A DNA stretch of 64,000 bases. Origin: Amoeboaphelidium protococcarum X5 (taxonomy: Eukaryota > Fungi > Aphelidiomycota). The translations under genes and the position numbers were made by a program. The notes beneath the pieces are model-generated. The model worked only from the letters and a program-made list of their open reading frames with translations. It ran no database searches and was not told the DNA's origin. Of this stretch, positions 25,839 to 43,452 are shown piece by piece (the stretch's first letter is position 1; each line of letters starts with the position of its first letter). The stretch spans positions 635,437 through 699,436 of the forward strand of contig JALDTO010000192.1 of assembly GCA_023515725.1 (NCBI GenBank), in the 5' to 3' direction.

Positions 25839-27743
25839 TCAAGTAGATAACATTTTTCGCACAGACATAAATACAGGCACAAACACGGGAAATAACAGAG
25901 GGGCATATACAGCTAGTAGGTGTTCATTCGGAAAGTAGAGTAGAGACATCATTGTGGGATCAAAAAAGACCTTCTCAGCCAATTCTAATGCAGCCTTACT
26001 GCTTTAATAACAATCCATCAACGTGATGATATTTAATGTTCTATCAGCGGGTGTGGTGGCATCTACTGAATCTTTTAGACCAGGACTAAAACGTTGATCC
26101 TTCTATACATATCTCATAGCCACATCCAAGTGATTAAACACCTGGTCCAACTCTTATCTAATAGAGTCTGATACAGCCATGTTGGTCAATTTCTCCAGCA
26201 TCTTTTACAGTGCATGAATAGACTTGAATGTATCAATGATGTTCTGTGCAATCTTCTTCCGTATAAGGATATCCATCTACCACGCAGATATTCCAGATTG
26301 AGATTAATTCTCACGTACATTTAAGTGATAACTTTTTTCCACGTGCGTACTAAGATCATTAGAAGGCCAGACAGGCTACACACCAAACAGTGTTTAAATT
26401 TGACTGATAAAGACGCCAAACGGAATACTCAGTTGATCATTGCTCAACCTTTAAATATTATCCCGTGCAGTACTCGACTTCCTGTAGTTATCATCATCAT
26501 CATCGCCTGAATACTTTGCGACTTGATTTATCACATGAATACCACCCCAGCGAGGAAGCAGAATAGAATTCGTAGATGATAGAGAGGGTGATGACATATT
26601 ACCTTAACTATAACGACTTTCAACTTGCAGATACAACGGTCTGATCTAACGACTTGGTATGTACGTAATAAAGTTAAGTTCATGAACAGAAGCATTACTA
26701 GATGAATCCAATTTCCACTTTCCAAAATTGATAAGGTGGCTTTACTGTTCCATAGAAAGACAAAACTTTTGCTGCCCGTTAACAGATACACCATCACTAT
26801 CATCCTCTTCAAAAGTATCTTTCAAGTCGCGGCTAATACTTTGCACGTTATTCTTTTGATCCACACTTTAACATGATGCAGGTTATACTGCAAGATCTGC
26901 ATAATCTTGCACTGAATACTCAAAGCTAACGTCAGATATGATCTAGAGTTAATGTAACAACTTTTCCACAAACTTCTTATGAATAAAAGAACTATTCCAA
27001 CCATATAGTAATTAATCAGAATCCCCATTTAGTAATCTAAATGAAAGATGATACGATGCAGAGTGTTGCACCACCTCATTACTACTCTACTGTCTGGAAT
27101 TACACTAATCGTTGATTTGTAAACTCTCCTAGATCAAAATAGTCGCTAAAACTTCACTAATCAGATGCTAAAGATACCCACCATCTTGACCTTTTGGATA
27201 TTACAGAATGAGGGATCTGGATTAATCGTCTACTAGAATATGTATTCTGCCAGTATCCACAGCCACAAGCTGTATGTTGTACGCACTGGGAATAACATTA
27301 ACAGAGCTATTAATATCATCAAACACCATCTAGTCAACTCTGAGGTCCCATTTAACGCAATTCAATGCATGACTGTGTGAAGCATGTTCTTGTAACAACT
27401 ATTCCACAGCAGTCTATATATCAAATGCAGATATTGAGAGCTTATCACTTTCTGACTGAGGAAGATGGAGCATTACATTCAGTGGATACTTGAACACTTG
27501 ATTCTTAAACCATGCATCATACTTACTCAGCCTATCGAATGGAAGCTGTGCGCGATACACCGCAGTTGTACCAAGCCATATCGGCACAATCCAAAAGAAG
27601 CAGAATGCCACATAGACTACCGAGAAACTGTTATATTTAACTACACACCATTCAGTCAAAATTATAAAAAATAATTGATAATATAAATTAGAAAAAAATT
27701 AATTAATACCTAATACAGGGGGTTACAAAGGTGGTCGTACCAT
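25839..27743 (-). CDS. GPI17: GPI transamidase subunit PIG-S/Gpi17; probable intron 27641-27709
   Basis: N-terminal VPIWLGTTAVYRAQLP and C-terminal AEKVFFDPTMMSLLYFPNEHLLAVYAPLLFP signature. Confidence 0.88.
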
Positions 27744-28201
27744 ATTGTTATTGATTTACTATGCAGAAAGAACTACAATATGACTGACTGCATTTAGAAG
27801 AGTTATTAGGAGATGAGGAAATTCGTAAGAAACGAATTGAAACGGTGAGCTCCTATGTTGTACGATGAAATGATTATCAACAGTATTCGTACAGAACAGA
27901 AGTTATCACTTTTTATTTTATATACAATATTGTTCAGATAAGTCCGTGTTACCTGTTTGATTATCCGCACTTTCAGGATCAGGGGAATGACTCTTCAAGG
28001 CAGTAGTTACACTGATTATTACGCGTGACAAGAACACCTAACTTCAACATTTGGTCCTATAAATAAAAAGATTAATCAGCATATAAAACGATCTCACGGC
28101 GTGAGACGTACCAATGTTAAAATTGCAAAGGTTAAATACGCGTGAATCATGTGTTGGACGGTGCAAAGGTACTACCTATCGTCGTCTATGATGAAACCAT
28201 A

Positions 28202-29379
28202 ATGACCAAACAAACAATGCTCAAATTCACAGTAAAGGAGATACGGAGTTTTTTTTCCAAAAGACAGTGAACTCACAACAGCAACTCGATTAATTAAAGG
28301 TAGCAATTGCTGCTATTCAACAAGAAATCAATGTAGCAAAACAGAAGGTGGAGGAAGCAGAGCAGAGTAGCGACTGCTGAATGGTATTGCGGAGGGACAA
28401 CCCGCAGATATCATGGCTTAGCTCAGAAGTCTTTTGGTAGCGGCTAGTGCTGAGCTCGCCTGTCTGCGTTTGGTATAAGATAAGCTAATGGAGGAGAAGA
28501 TACTATTTACCCGTCAAAATAATCATCAAGAGATCGATTCCAGAGTTCATAGTGATATTACTGAAACATTTGAGAATATGATATACAAGGACATCTTCGT
28601 CGTCTGTTTGGTGTTGGATATCGCGAGGATATTGGTTTTATAACCAAAGGCGCGTCTTTATCAAATTCTGTAGCATTAGGGCTATTAAAGCAATTGTATC
28701 TTGATTTTAAAAGGTAGAAGTCAGGACAAGCCGACATTCTTTTGTATTTAGACAAGCCTTACAGCTCATGGTCAGTTGATGGAAATGAAAATGATCGGTT
28801 CGTATCGATTGGGAAGGATGATGATATTGATTTTGCAGCTGCTTTGGAAAGCTTGAACTAAACAACTCCAGTCTGTCAGATCACTCCTCCTCGTCCTTCT
28901 TAAGAGGATCTTGATTAGGATTCAACATTGGTTTACAAAAGCAACGCGTCATTCTATGCCTTTTTTAGGCCTCCACAAATAAAAAATGGTATTTGGACAA
29001 GAGGGAACAGTTGGAACTTCAACTCGCGTATCTGGGTTTGAAATATCTCATAGCGCAGGATGAGTCTTTTGTCAGTAAACCGTTGGATGCTAAGCGTGTC
29101 GAATTGGCGTAAATTGTGCCTCGGTTGGTTGCGTTCGCTGGACTTTCTACATTCGATTCGTATATAGACATCAAAGAAGAGGTAGTAAATTCCATTGTGG
29201 AAGCCAAGTTTCCTTTGCTTTGGATTTTCTTTCAGTCGGGAAGGTTGGTGTATGTATACAGTAGGTCAGCAGGTGCTGAAATGATGCAGCAAAAGATGGA
29301 TATAGCTGAGATTAAAGATATGATTAAGGATGTGGCTAGGTAGATTAAGGATATGGCTGAAAGATCGTCTACTAACTGA
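28202..29379 (+). pseudogene. Multiply frameshifted remnant of a coiled-coil + unknown-domain gene
   Basis: Protein-like segments alternate between frames: QQQLDQLKVAIAAIQQEINVAKQKVEEAE; EYDIQGHLRRLFGVG...GQADILLYL; REQLELQLAYLGLKY...PRLVAFAGL...GRLVYVY...IKDMIKDVARQIKDM. Confidence 0.45.
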
Positions 29380-29477
29380 AAACTAAAATATAAGATGTTT
29401 TAAATGATGTACCAGAACCAAAAAGGGAAAAGGCAATAAATAAATGCATAATAGAGAGAGATGAAACTTATTTGTTT

Positions 29478-31127
29478 TCATTCTTGGTCAACAGAGCCTG
29501 TGTTATCCTCTTCAGCGTCTCCATTGTCAGCAGCTGGTGCATTACCTTCATCTTCGGCAGAATCAGCTTTACCACTCTTTGCCTTCTCCTCCTACTCCTT
29601 CTAGTACTTCTCCTCCTCAGCTAGCAGCTTAGCCTCCAGCTCAGTTGCCTTTTGGATATTCTCCTTGGTGACGCGGTCCTGGTTCTCCAAAAAGTATACA
29701 CGCTTCTACTTCAATGCCTCAATGGTCTTTGGAACATCAGCACGTCCAGATGGGGCATCAATCTTCAAGTTCCAGAATTGGTCCAGGACACCCAGATCCA
29801 AGCGGAGATCCTTCTCCTTCTCAGCCTTGTTCACCTTCGCAGCCTTGGCCTTCTTACCACCAATCTGCATGGTAACCTCATCCAAGTCCTCCTTCTTCTT
29901 ATACTCAACGGCAGCAGTGAATCCCTTTGGCAAAATTGCATCCTGAGTAACCTCACGAGGCGCTTTCACAGTCATCTTGCTATCCTGAGAAGCAGCAGCA
30001 GATCCCAAAATCTCAGCATCCAACAGATCGCTTCCACCGACAAGACCACTCAGCAGAATCATCAGAGCATTGCAAGTCTTAATCTCATTGGAGAAGGCTG
30101 GAATCTCTGCATTCTCTCTAGCCTGCTTCACACGCTCCAATCTCTTCTTTCTCTCCATCTCCTATCTCTGCTTTCTCATCTCAATGTCACGTCGCTTGCG
30201 CTCTTCGTTCATGAAAGCATTGAACAGATCCTTTTTGGCATAATATTCACGAGCCAGCTATCTCTTCTAGTCGTTCAAATCATTCTGCTTCTTCTACAGA
30301 TCGTTGCGCTCATCGTAAATCTTCTTCAACTTGCCTCTGTTCTCTTTTTGCTCTTCCTCAACCACCTTCAGCTCCTTGTAAGTCTTTCCATGCAACTACT
30401 TCAGACGGCGAGACTCTGGATCAAATGAGGATAGAGTGTCACGCAGAGAGTCAACACGGCGCTTCTGCTCCTCAATAGCATCTTCCTTAGGATTGAAAAC
30501 ATCAAGCTGCTTCTTCTGACGCTTCAAGTTACTGATCTCGGACAGCACCTTCTTCTCCTCATTGACTGGCAATGAACCGCTAGAGACCAATTTCTCCAAC
30601 TCATTACAGCGGCGATCAACTTCAGAGGCACTCTTGAACGGAAGCTTATCACGAGCAGCCTTCAACTCATCCTACTTCTTTCTCAACAGTTCCTGGGCGG
30701 CCTTCAACTCATCACTGACACGAGCTCTCTTGGCTTCGTGCTCAGCCTGTTCCAACTTCACAGCATCCAACTAAGCCTTCAACTCGCTTCTAGCCTGACC
30801 AGCTGGACTTTCGCTGCTCTCAGCATCAATTTTGGCGCGCACCTTGTCCAGCTAAACCTTCAACTTATCGATATCGTTCTGCAAGTCTTTCTGCTTGCGA
30901 TCGAACAAGATCTAATCAGGCTTCTCTGGGCGCTTTCCACTCAGCAACAGAGCCTTAGCCTCAGCGATGATTGCTTAATCAATAGTACGCGTCTTAACAC
31001 CAGCAGGGCGATCTCCACTAGGACGACGGTTGGCGCCATCCCTCTTATTTCTACCACCGGATTTGTGAGCAATCTTGGATGATTTAGCTTGCTAATTATG
31101 GGATACAGCAGGTTCTACAGTCGTCAT
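29478..31127 (-). CDS. BFR1: Nuclear segregation / mRNP protein Bfr1
   Basis: RPEKPD, KLPFKSASEVDRRCNELEKLVSSGSLPVNEEKKVLSEISNL, PAFSNEIKTC, LDLGVLDQFWNLKIDAP. Confidence 0.88.
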
Positions 31128-31447
31128 TTTACGTTATAAAGTATTAAAATAAGTAAACAAAGATGATCTACTATTTAAATTAATCGCGACTGGGAACAAG
31201 CGACTGAAAATCTTTTTGAACTTTGATCGTTTTGGGTTGATCGCGCTCAGCTGGCGAAGGACGACGAAAGAATTGAATGGGCGAGCTCTGGTAAGGCGCG
31301 ATCGACAAGGCTCTATAAAGAAGAGCTCACAGTCAGCTATCTGGCTGTAGATTATCCACTACTGTAGTCATAATCTGTATAAACATTGAGAGGAATAAAT
31401 TTATATCTAAAATACAATTCATCTCAAAGTCTTAACAATAAATAACA

Positions 31448-32068
31448 TCAAAACATCACCAGCATCACGAATATCGCCAGAAAGAGGAAATCCAAACTCC
31501 TTACTGCAGCAAAACTTGTCACAGGCGGTTGAAGGGTGAAGTCAATGCATTGATAATAATCTTTCGGTCCACTTGTGTACCGCACTTGTACGGTGATGGG
31601 CACCGGTGTTTAAACATTCAGTAGGAGAAGTGGCTTGATCTGAGACAGTGTCCACTGGGTACCATTAGGCGTAGTTAATGGGAACGGGATGTTAGTGACG
31701 GCCGGCACCAGAAATCCTTGAGTACTCACCTGTCCACCGGTAAATTGAGGATTCCCGCCCATCATAAGAGACGCTGAGACATTACCGCTACCGTAACCCA
31801 TGTAAATGAGCCCGCTGATGGTTAAATTTGACGTTGTGTATAAAAACTATCTTTCACTGACAGCTGATGCCGATCCACTAGAGCCACATGGCTTATCGTT
31901 TCCACCAGGAGGAGTCGTTTCTCTGTCGCCTTGATCTCTAACAGTTCGCAGTACTATGCTTTGATTAAGCGGAACATTATCCACACTTATCGCTGTTATA
32001 TTAAACTCTGCCTAGATATAGCTGATACCAACAATAATTAGTAAAAGCGCCGATCGTAATAGTTCCAT
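31448..32068 (-). CDS. Secreted, probably GPI-anchored protein (206 aa), Bim1/X325-like fold suspected
   Basis: Signal peptide MELLRSALLLIIVGISYIQA, PCG motif, ITVQVRY...YYQCIDF and a hydrophobic C-terminus LDFLFLAIFVMLVMF. Confidence 0.75.
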
Positions 32069-32697
32069 TATTATCTCTAAAGTCTAATTAATTCTAAATC
32101 CTTTTCACTCTAGTTTTAATTTCTGAAACAGAACCAAAATAGGTTGGAAAACTGATCATTTGCTTGTTTGTTTGTTGAATCACCTTTGCTTTCACTAATA
32201 GCGCTGGTAGAACCAGCTGATGAGCTTTTGGAACTTTTGTATTATCGCTCTCACGGAGAAAGTCGTAACTTAATTTGGATTCCATATTAAAATCTAATTA
32301 TCTAGCTTTATTCGATCTTTCAAGATTTTGCTACCAGCAATTTGACATTCAGTCTTTACGCTATTCAGTGCGCGTATCTGAGAGACTAGAAGAGTTTAGT
32401 TGGCAGCTGCTATTTAAAAACCTTGCAACAATAGCTCCATGTTAATCCATACAAGTGAATTTTAATTGCCTATTTCTAAATCGCGTTCAAGGTCCACATC
32501 CCTTTTATGGACTGCAGTGGCTATCATTAATATTTCCACGTAAAGCTGATTGAACAGACCTCATTGAAAGCGATAACGTTGTCAAGCAGCTGTGATCATC
32601 AACCGTCATTAGTGATGGTATCCATTGATGAAATTTAAACTTTTCTGCCACCTGATACGCACCAGTCTGCAAGTAATAATAATAATAATAATAATTA

Positions 32698-33621
32698 ATG
32701 TCCAATATAACTCAGCGAGATAACTTTAAAGTATTGATCATCGGAGCGTTTCTCCTCTCCTCTAATGCTGGATACATTGGTGCGTTGTCGATCGCCGGTC
32801 TGCACAATTGCACCGTGGCCCACATTTCTGGAGATATGATAAAGTCTGCCATTTATGTTGCGTTAGAAGACTGGTTCTATGCTGCGCGGATATCGATGGT
32901 ATGGCTCAGCTTCATGGCCGGCTCAGCGGTGAGTGCAATGATTGTCAGTGGAACTAAGACGTTTGATCTTCGGCGGACGTACGGTTGGGCTCTGTTGATT
33001 GAAAGTGGATTGCTGTTCATCTCGTACTTGGTCGCCGATAACCAGGTAAAGTTGAATAACTGGTGGTGGTCAGAGTACTTTGCTGCGATGGCATGTGGTT
33101 TATAGAATGCGCTGTGCACGACTTACAGCGGTGCCGTTTTGAGAACCACCCATATGACTGGATGTGCCACTGATTTTGGTATTGTATTAGGATAAGAGGT
33201 GAGGATGCGTGTGATCATTCCTCTACGACAGCGACTGAATGCTATCGGGTATAAAAGAATATAAGCGGTATCATAGCCTGATGCAGAGACATCAATTTTA
33301 TGGAAATTAAAGTTTTTGGTGCCTTTGATGGCGGGATATCTGTTTGGTGCATTGGTGGGCACGCTTTGCTATGTACACTTTAAGTAACACGCTTTAGTCG
33401 GTCCATTTGTATTCACTGGTTGCATTGGATTATTTTTCGCAGTTTGGACCACATTGCGCAAGGTTGGATTACAGGTTTAAGCTCTGGGATCGGATATAGG
33501 ACACAAAGTCACGCTCCTTCTTCATCCGCATGACCATGAAACTGCGCATTAGCATTAGGACCCGGTCAGTGATACCGTACAGTTAAATGCTGTATCTAGA
33601 ACATCCCAAATACAAAATTGA
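32698..33621 (+). CDS. DUF1275/YoaK family membrane protein
   Basis: NAGYI, AHISG, SFMAGSAVS, AMACGLQNA (Q=TAG), SGAVLRTTHMTGCATDFG; TGA 33619-33621. Confidence 0.88.
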
Positions 33622-34531
33622 TCTCAAAAATCTTTTTATAAATTGTATTATTTTTATTATCCATCCATATTGAGGCATAAAAATAGTAAAAACTACGGTG
33701 CGTAACTCTTCTCTTTAAATCCAAGTTGTCATAAAGGCTTTGGGTACACTAAAAGACAACTATAAAGACATTTGACTTCACAAAATCTCCATTGATGGAC
33801 TTACTGATGTGGATGACTTTCTCAAGGAAATCAGGGACGGAATCCCAACTCGCAATTCTTCAAAACGCTTCAATCGCCCTGTAACAATCTGATAGAACAA
33901 CTGAAGTTGATGTCGGCGTTTCGCCTGTTGATTATTTGAATGGCACACTCACGTAAGAATCCTCTCATTGTGAAGATTGCCTTTGTTGCAATACTCATCC
34001 GTCAAGTTACAACCATTTTAAAATGAGTAAGGCGTCGGGTCGAAAATATTTGGATGCTATTGCCACTTAAAGATTCCCAAACGCGTACACAGTGCCTTTT
34101 TCCTGCGAATTCAAACAGCAAACCATACGTTATCATACTTCATTCTGATTTTTGTAAAGAATCGATGTCATATTTGTAGACTGTAGATTATTGGTGTCAA
34201 AGATGGCCTACTCCTCCAACCCGGATGATTTGACAATCAAATGGGAAGATTCTTCTGATCTAATAGCTCACTTACTGTTTGATAAAGTCTAATTTAATGT
34301 GCATCAATAATTTATTGCTTGACGGTTATAACGCTTGTTTCAACGATGCACGTAGTTGGTTCACTGATTTTGCGTTTCTCTTATCTCTTGGTAGCCAGAA
34401 GATCGTTACAACATGCAATAGCAAGATAAAAGGCAAGTTGGAACCCGTTGGTATAACTCGGACGGATTCATGGAATTGAGATAGAGTAAAGCGCATTTAA
34501 AATATAGCTAATTTCATCTATTAGTATTCAC

Positions 34532-39010
<4,479 letters not shown>

Positions 39011-39344
39011 AATTATGTTGTTTTAATAATTAAACGATCCACCAGATAATTTATAGAATCAGAATGTTGCTAAGATAAGCAAAAGCAGAGGAAAAACGCG
39101 TCACAGATCGTCGTGGAATAAAATGAAAAGAGCTCTCGTCATTCTGAGCCGCGTGTTAGACCAGTCATTTAGTATAAATAGTGATAGACTTTGTAAACCA
39201 TTGTCTATCATTCATTACTTACTAAATATACAACATAGTTTAAAAGTAAACGCCTATTTTTGAATTAAATGTATTGTCTAGAATCTCAAAAAGTCCAAAG
39301 TGATAATCCCAATAAGGAGTAATCGTTAAGTGACACCAGCCGAT

Positions 39345-40148
39345 TCAGAGAAGATTCGTCTATTGAATCTCTTCCTATTCAAAAATAACACCGTCGTACA
39401 ACATTTCGTCACTCCTCGTCTTTTCCCCGCCATTTGCGAGCACTTTGTTCTCCGCGCCTGAGATGTGTTTTTATTAATAGAGAGCTTCGCCACTCTGTTG
39501 TTTCACTTTAGTCACAAGACGCGTCTGCTGCCTCACCCATCCATTGAACCAGTACAGATGCAATGGATATATTCCGGCCACAATGAGCCACCATGGTCCA
39601 TCGATGGGCAGTTTGAGGTTGTAGAATTTGTAAATCATGCATCCGTGGAACAGAATACGCGTAGAGAAGAAGGTGAATCCAAAAATCTTGTCATTTCTCA
39701 ACGACTTCCAGACATGGCCGAGCGAGAGTACTAGAGTGGGTAGTTCCATGACTGCCATCACTATGAATGGCCCAGTGAGTTGTATCTTTATCAGATGAGT
39801 GACCAACCAAAAATAACAGAGATGATGCACGTATCCACTGAGTATATCTATATTCTACCGATATTCAACCAGTCCGACCAGGATGTCTACCACGAGATAA
39901 CAGACGAAGAAACAGCTTAATTACATGTCAAGCTCTGTGTGTGCAGGATGTATACTCATATTGAATCCACTATCTGAGATGAGCCTTATCACGCTATAAA
40001 AGCTACCAATCGTCATTACGAAGGATGCTATTAGTGTCATGATCCAGGCCTTTTATCGCGGTCCAGCCTATGGTATTTACTATTTGATGACATGGTATCC
40101 GCCTAAAAGTAGTGCAAAAGATGCAGCAGATGCTTATATCACTGACAT
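39345..40148 (-). CDS. TLC (TRAM/LAG1/CLN8) domain membrane protein
   Basis: KAWIMTL, GYVHHLCY, MELPT, FGFTFFSTRILFH, LHLYWF. Confidence 0.85.
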
Positions 40149-40781
40149 TATATTGTATTGATTGCTTTTAATTAGAATATACTTTGACAAAGAGGAGTGG
40201 ACAATAAAGTGCAAGTGTGTTATTTATAAACAAACAAGCCAGTGATAGGCACGATGTTGCGGCCGTTTGAATCGCCGCTGCCGGCCTGTCGAATAGCAAA
40301 AGAGATCGATCACGCCGCATGTAACAGTGTAACGCTGCATGGTTGAGTAATCTATTGTAGTCTATTTCTGTTCATTGATGTGTTCTAAGTAGAGTTCTTT
40401 TGTTATGGAATATAATTAAAGAGTCTATGAGAAAAGCTATCCGAGATATCTTCGTTCCTATAAGGTAACCAGACACCACAAAGAATTAGCCAAATTGACT
40501 AAAAAAAGCATTTAATCGTATAAGAGGACTACTAAGCTCTCTAATGAGGCATCATGTTAAAGACAATAATTTCAAACCAAGGCGCGAGGCGTTAGTGTGT
40601 TGAATCAGCGCGCGAATAACAGTACGTAACGCTAACCGCATGACTCTTTTCTGGGGACAAGTTTTCGCTTATCAAACTACTTGAAGAGCGACGCGTCTTG
40701 ATGTGATTTTGACGTTATTATAGTCCTTTTGCCTTGTTGTTTATTATTTTGGTCACTACTAAAAACATTAAAGGAAAATAC

Positions 40782-42293
40782 ATGTTATCGTTAAATTGTT
40801 TTGTAGTGTGTATTTTGTCGGTATTGCTACTTGCTGGCGCTGAGTAGTAACTTGTCACAAAGGATAACAAATTCAAGATTGACTGGAGAATTGACAGCAC
40901 CAATGATGTGGTCACATTTGGAGTCAGCGAATTGGTGCCCGGATTTTTCACCGACAGATGGTTTGCCCTGGCATTTAATGACAAGGATGGTAGGAGGACT
41001 ATGAACAATGTCGATATGGTGTTTGTTAATGTGGATAGCAGTGCATAAAATTGTGTTGTCACCGATCGCTGGTCAGATACCCAGTCTGAGCCGAGTACTG
41101 ATGACTAGTTTGGCGGCGTGCAAGATTATTATGCCCAACAACTTCGTGCCACTAAAGACGGCCATGCAAGATGCGAGTTTAGTCGCAAATTAGAGACTGG
41201 CGATAAATATGATTTCCAATTCACTAAGAATCAGACTATTCTCCTATTCTATGCTCACTCTGAAATTCTGGATGGTGGTAGTCGTTTCGACAGACACCAC
41301 AAGACTGTTGGAGGATAATTGATTAATTTATTTGATGCTAATCAAGATGTAGACTAAAGACAGCCTGGTGGTATTTATCTGGACGATCCTAACTACAGAT
41401 TAAAGCGCGGTGAAGTATTGTGGAAATGGAAGGTGTTATGGCACTCTGCAGCAATGACCGTTGCATTTATCGTCCTAATGTTCCCTTTCGCAGTGTTGGC
41501 GCGTTATATGAAGTACATTGTGCCTAAATGGTTCTTTCATCATTGGAAAGGTCAGGTACTGGCGACATTGATTGCCATAGCTGGATTCATCATTGTGTTT
41601 TATCATTTGAAATGGAGCTTTAGATGGACTAACAGACACACTTATTTGGGCGTTGTGTTGATGTTTGTTCTCATTCCCCTCTAGCTGATTATGGGCTATC
41701 TGAGTAATGCTTTGTGGTATGCTGGTAAACCGCCGCATTTATGCCCGGATAAATTGCATTGGATTCTTGGTTATGTTATCTTAGTGTCATCCGTGGTCAA
41801 CATTGGTTTTGGTGTCGAATGGTATTAGGAATTAGCTCCGTTATATCTCGCTAGTTAGAAAGTTGAATTGCAATATGATTCGTAGGGTAACGTGTCTAAC
41901 CTCAACAATGGCCTCAATTGGACAGTGTTCGCAGTAGCATGTAGTTTCCTGGGATTAGGACTCTTGCTCTTTGAAGTATTTGTTGGATAAAAGCATGAAC
42001 ATTAGTAGACTTCTGAATAGTACAACACGTCTTCTGTATAGTCATCTTCTGATGATATCGCCACGATGGACGTTGAAGAAGTGCCAGTAGCGGTTATACC
42101 AAATGAAGAAGAGGTGGCTATCGATGATGCTGGTGTTGAACCTTTAGTGTTGTTGGAGAACAAGGGACAGCGAAATAGTAGAGGTATTGAGTTCAAGTGG
42201 AGCAGATCTTGGACTAAAGCGTTCTATGTTGTCTGGTGGATAACTCTAACTATTGCCTCGATTTTGTTCATTCTATCGTTGGTGTACATGTGA
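40782..42293 (+). CDS. DOMON + cytochrome b561 domain protein
   Basis: Signal peptide; DOMON WFALAF...MNNVDMV...FSRKLETGD...H; b561 histidines in WHSAAM, WFFHHW, HTYLG and DKLHWILG. Confidence 0.88.
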
Positions 42294-42417
42294 TTGTCGT
42301 GCTGTGTCTATGTGGATTAATTTGAAGATAGATGCTATTGACGTGATAATAAGAAATAAATTAAAATCTTTTTATGAAAATAAATATCTGTGTTTATGGC
42401 AATGTATTTTTAGAAAG

Positions 42418-43452
42418 TCAATCATCTTGGTTGTTCTAGTTCACGAAAGCCTCAGCTTCATCATGGTACTCTTTCCATTGCGCATATACCGTTTTCCAAT
42501 TCTGATCAATATTGAACTCTTTCGTTTACAAGAATGGCTTATACAGGGTATAGTGAATAATTCTAGCATTAGGCAGCAATCTATCCCAAGTCCTACGAAG
42601 ATCAGCTTATCCCCATGACCGGAGCAGGGCAAGATTTAGATTGTAAATATAGTCCATCAACACAAGGCCATGTCTGAAATAGTAATTCAACAGGCCTTGT
42701 TCGGCCCACACAGCGGGATAAATGTCCGGACAAGACATCATCCTCATAAAGTCTGTGAACATTCTGCTACAAGGGATGAGAGACATTACGCCAGCATTAA
42801 ATGTATCTCTATACCCATCGGACTGATTCTCCCAAATGTCACCAACGGCAGCGAGTGGCACAGACTATGGCAGATCCAAAAGAGCGGATATGTCGCCTAC
42901 AATTAGCACATCCGCATCCAAATACACCATTCTATCGTACTGAGTCATATTCCAGATGTTCAACTTTGTGTACTGATCATAGAAATGAGGCGGAGGCTCC
43001 ATGCCAGCTACCGGTTAAATCAGAGTGACAGGCTCCAGTATGAATCCAGCTCTGGACAGCCTCTCAACATAATACTAACTCACTTTCTCTTCCAGGTACA
43101 AGATAAGAAATGGCACCGATGGGTGGTGTTTAAGAGCGGAGTAGGCAAGAGTCATCACCCCATCATAATAATTATCAGACAGAAACTACGTGACAAAAAC
43201 CTTGTTCAGTGACGCGGGATCTTTCTAATGCGCGGCATTCATCTATTGGCATGACTTGATGGAATTAGAGCAGGTGGAGCGTCTACATTACACCGGCAGT
43301 TGGCTGTCAATAAGCTCTGTATTTCTGATAAACATAAAGTAGATTAGATTGATCATTGCCAAGACACCAATAGCAGCGAGAAGATAGGTATATTGAGGTC
43401 GCTTACCCAGCCACTTTCTAATATGAAATCGCTACATAGTAATTCCGTTCAT
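42418..43452 (-). CDS. Glycosyltransferase family 8 (glycogenin-like), membrane anchored
   Basis: QYTKLNIWNMTQYDRMVYLDAD, FNAGVM, AEQGLLNYYF, YNL, IIHYTLYKP; N-terminal TM. Confidence 0.9.

Noticed and set aside
29652-30428. 258-aa plus-strand ORF (also 30738-31082, 46385-46933, 6645-7118)
   Set aside because: These are antisense shadows of BFR1, PRPS and SIT4, with no independent protein signature.
32674-32694. (TAA)7 as an N-terminal poly-Gln of the DUF1275 protein
   Set aside because: An in-frame TGA at 32653-32655 lies upstream with no ATG in between, so it is treated as a 5' microsatellite.
32698-33621. DUF1275 (and RIB4) as recent bacterial horizontal transfers
   Set aside because: Both families occur in fungi, both genes use TAA/TAG-Gln like their neighbours, and nothing in the sequence alone supports a recent transfer.
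33700-34480. Possible gene in the DUF1275-ABC transporter gap
   Set aside because: The frames examined are interrupted by TGA and show no recognisable domain.
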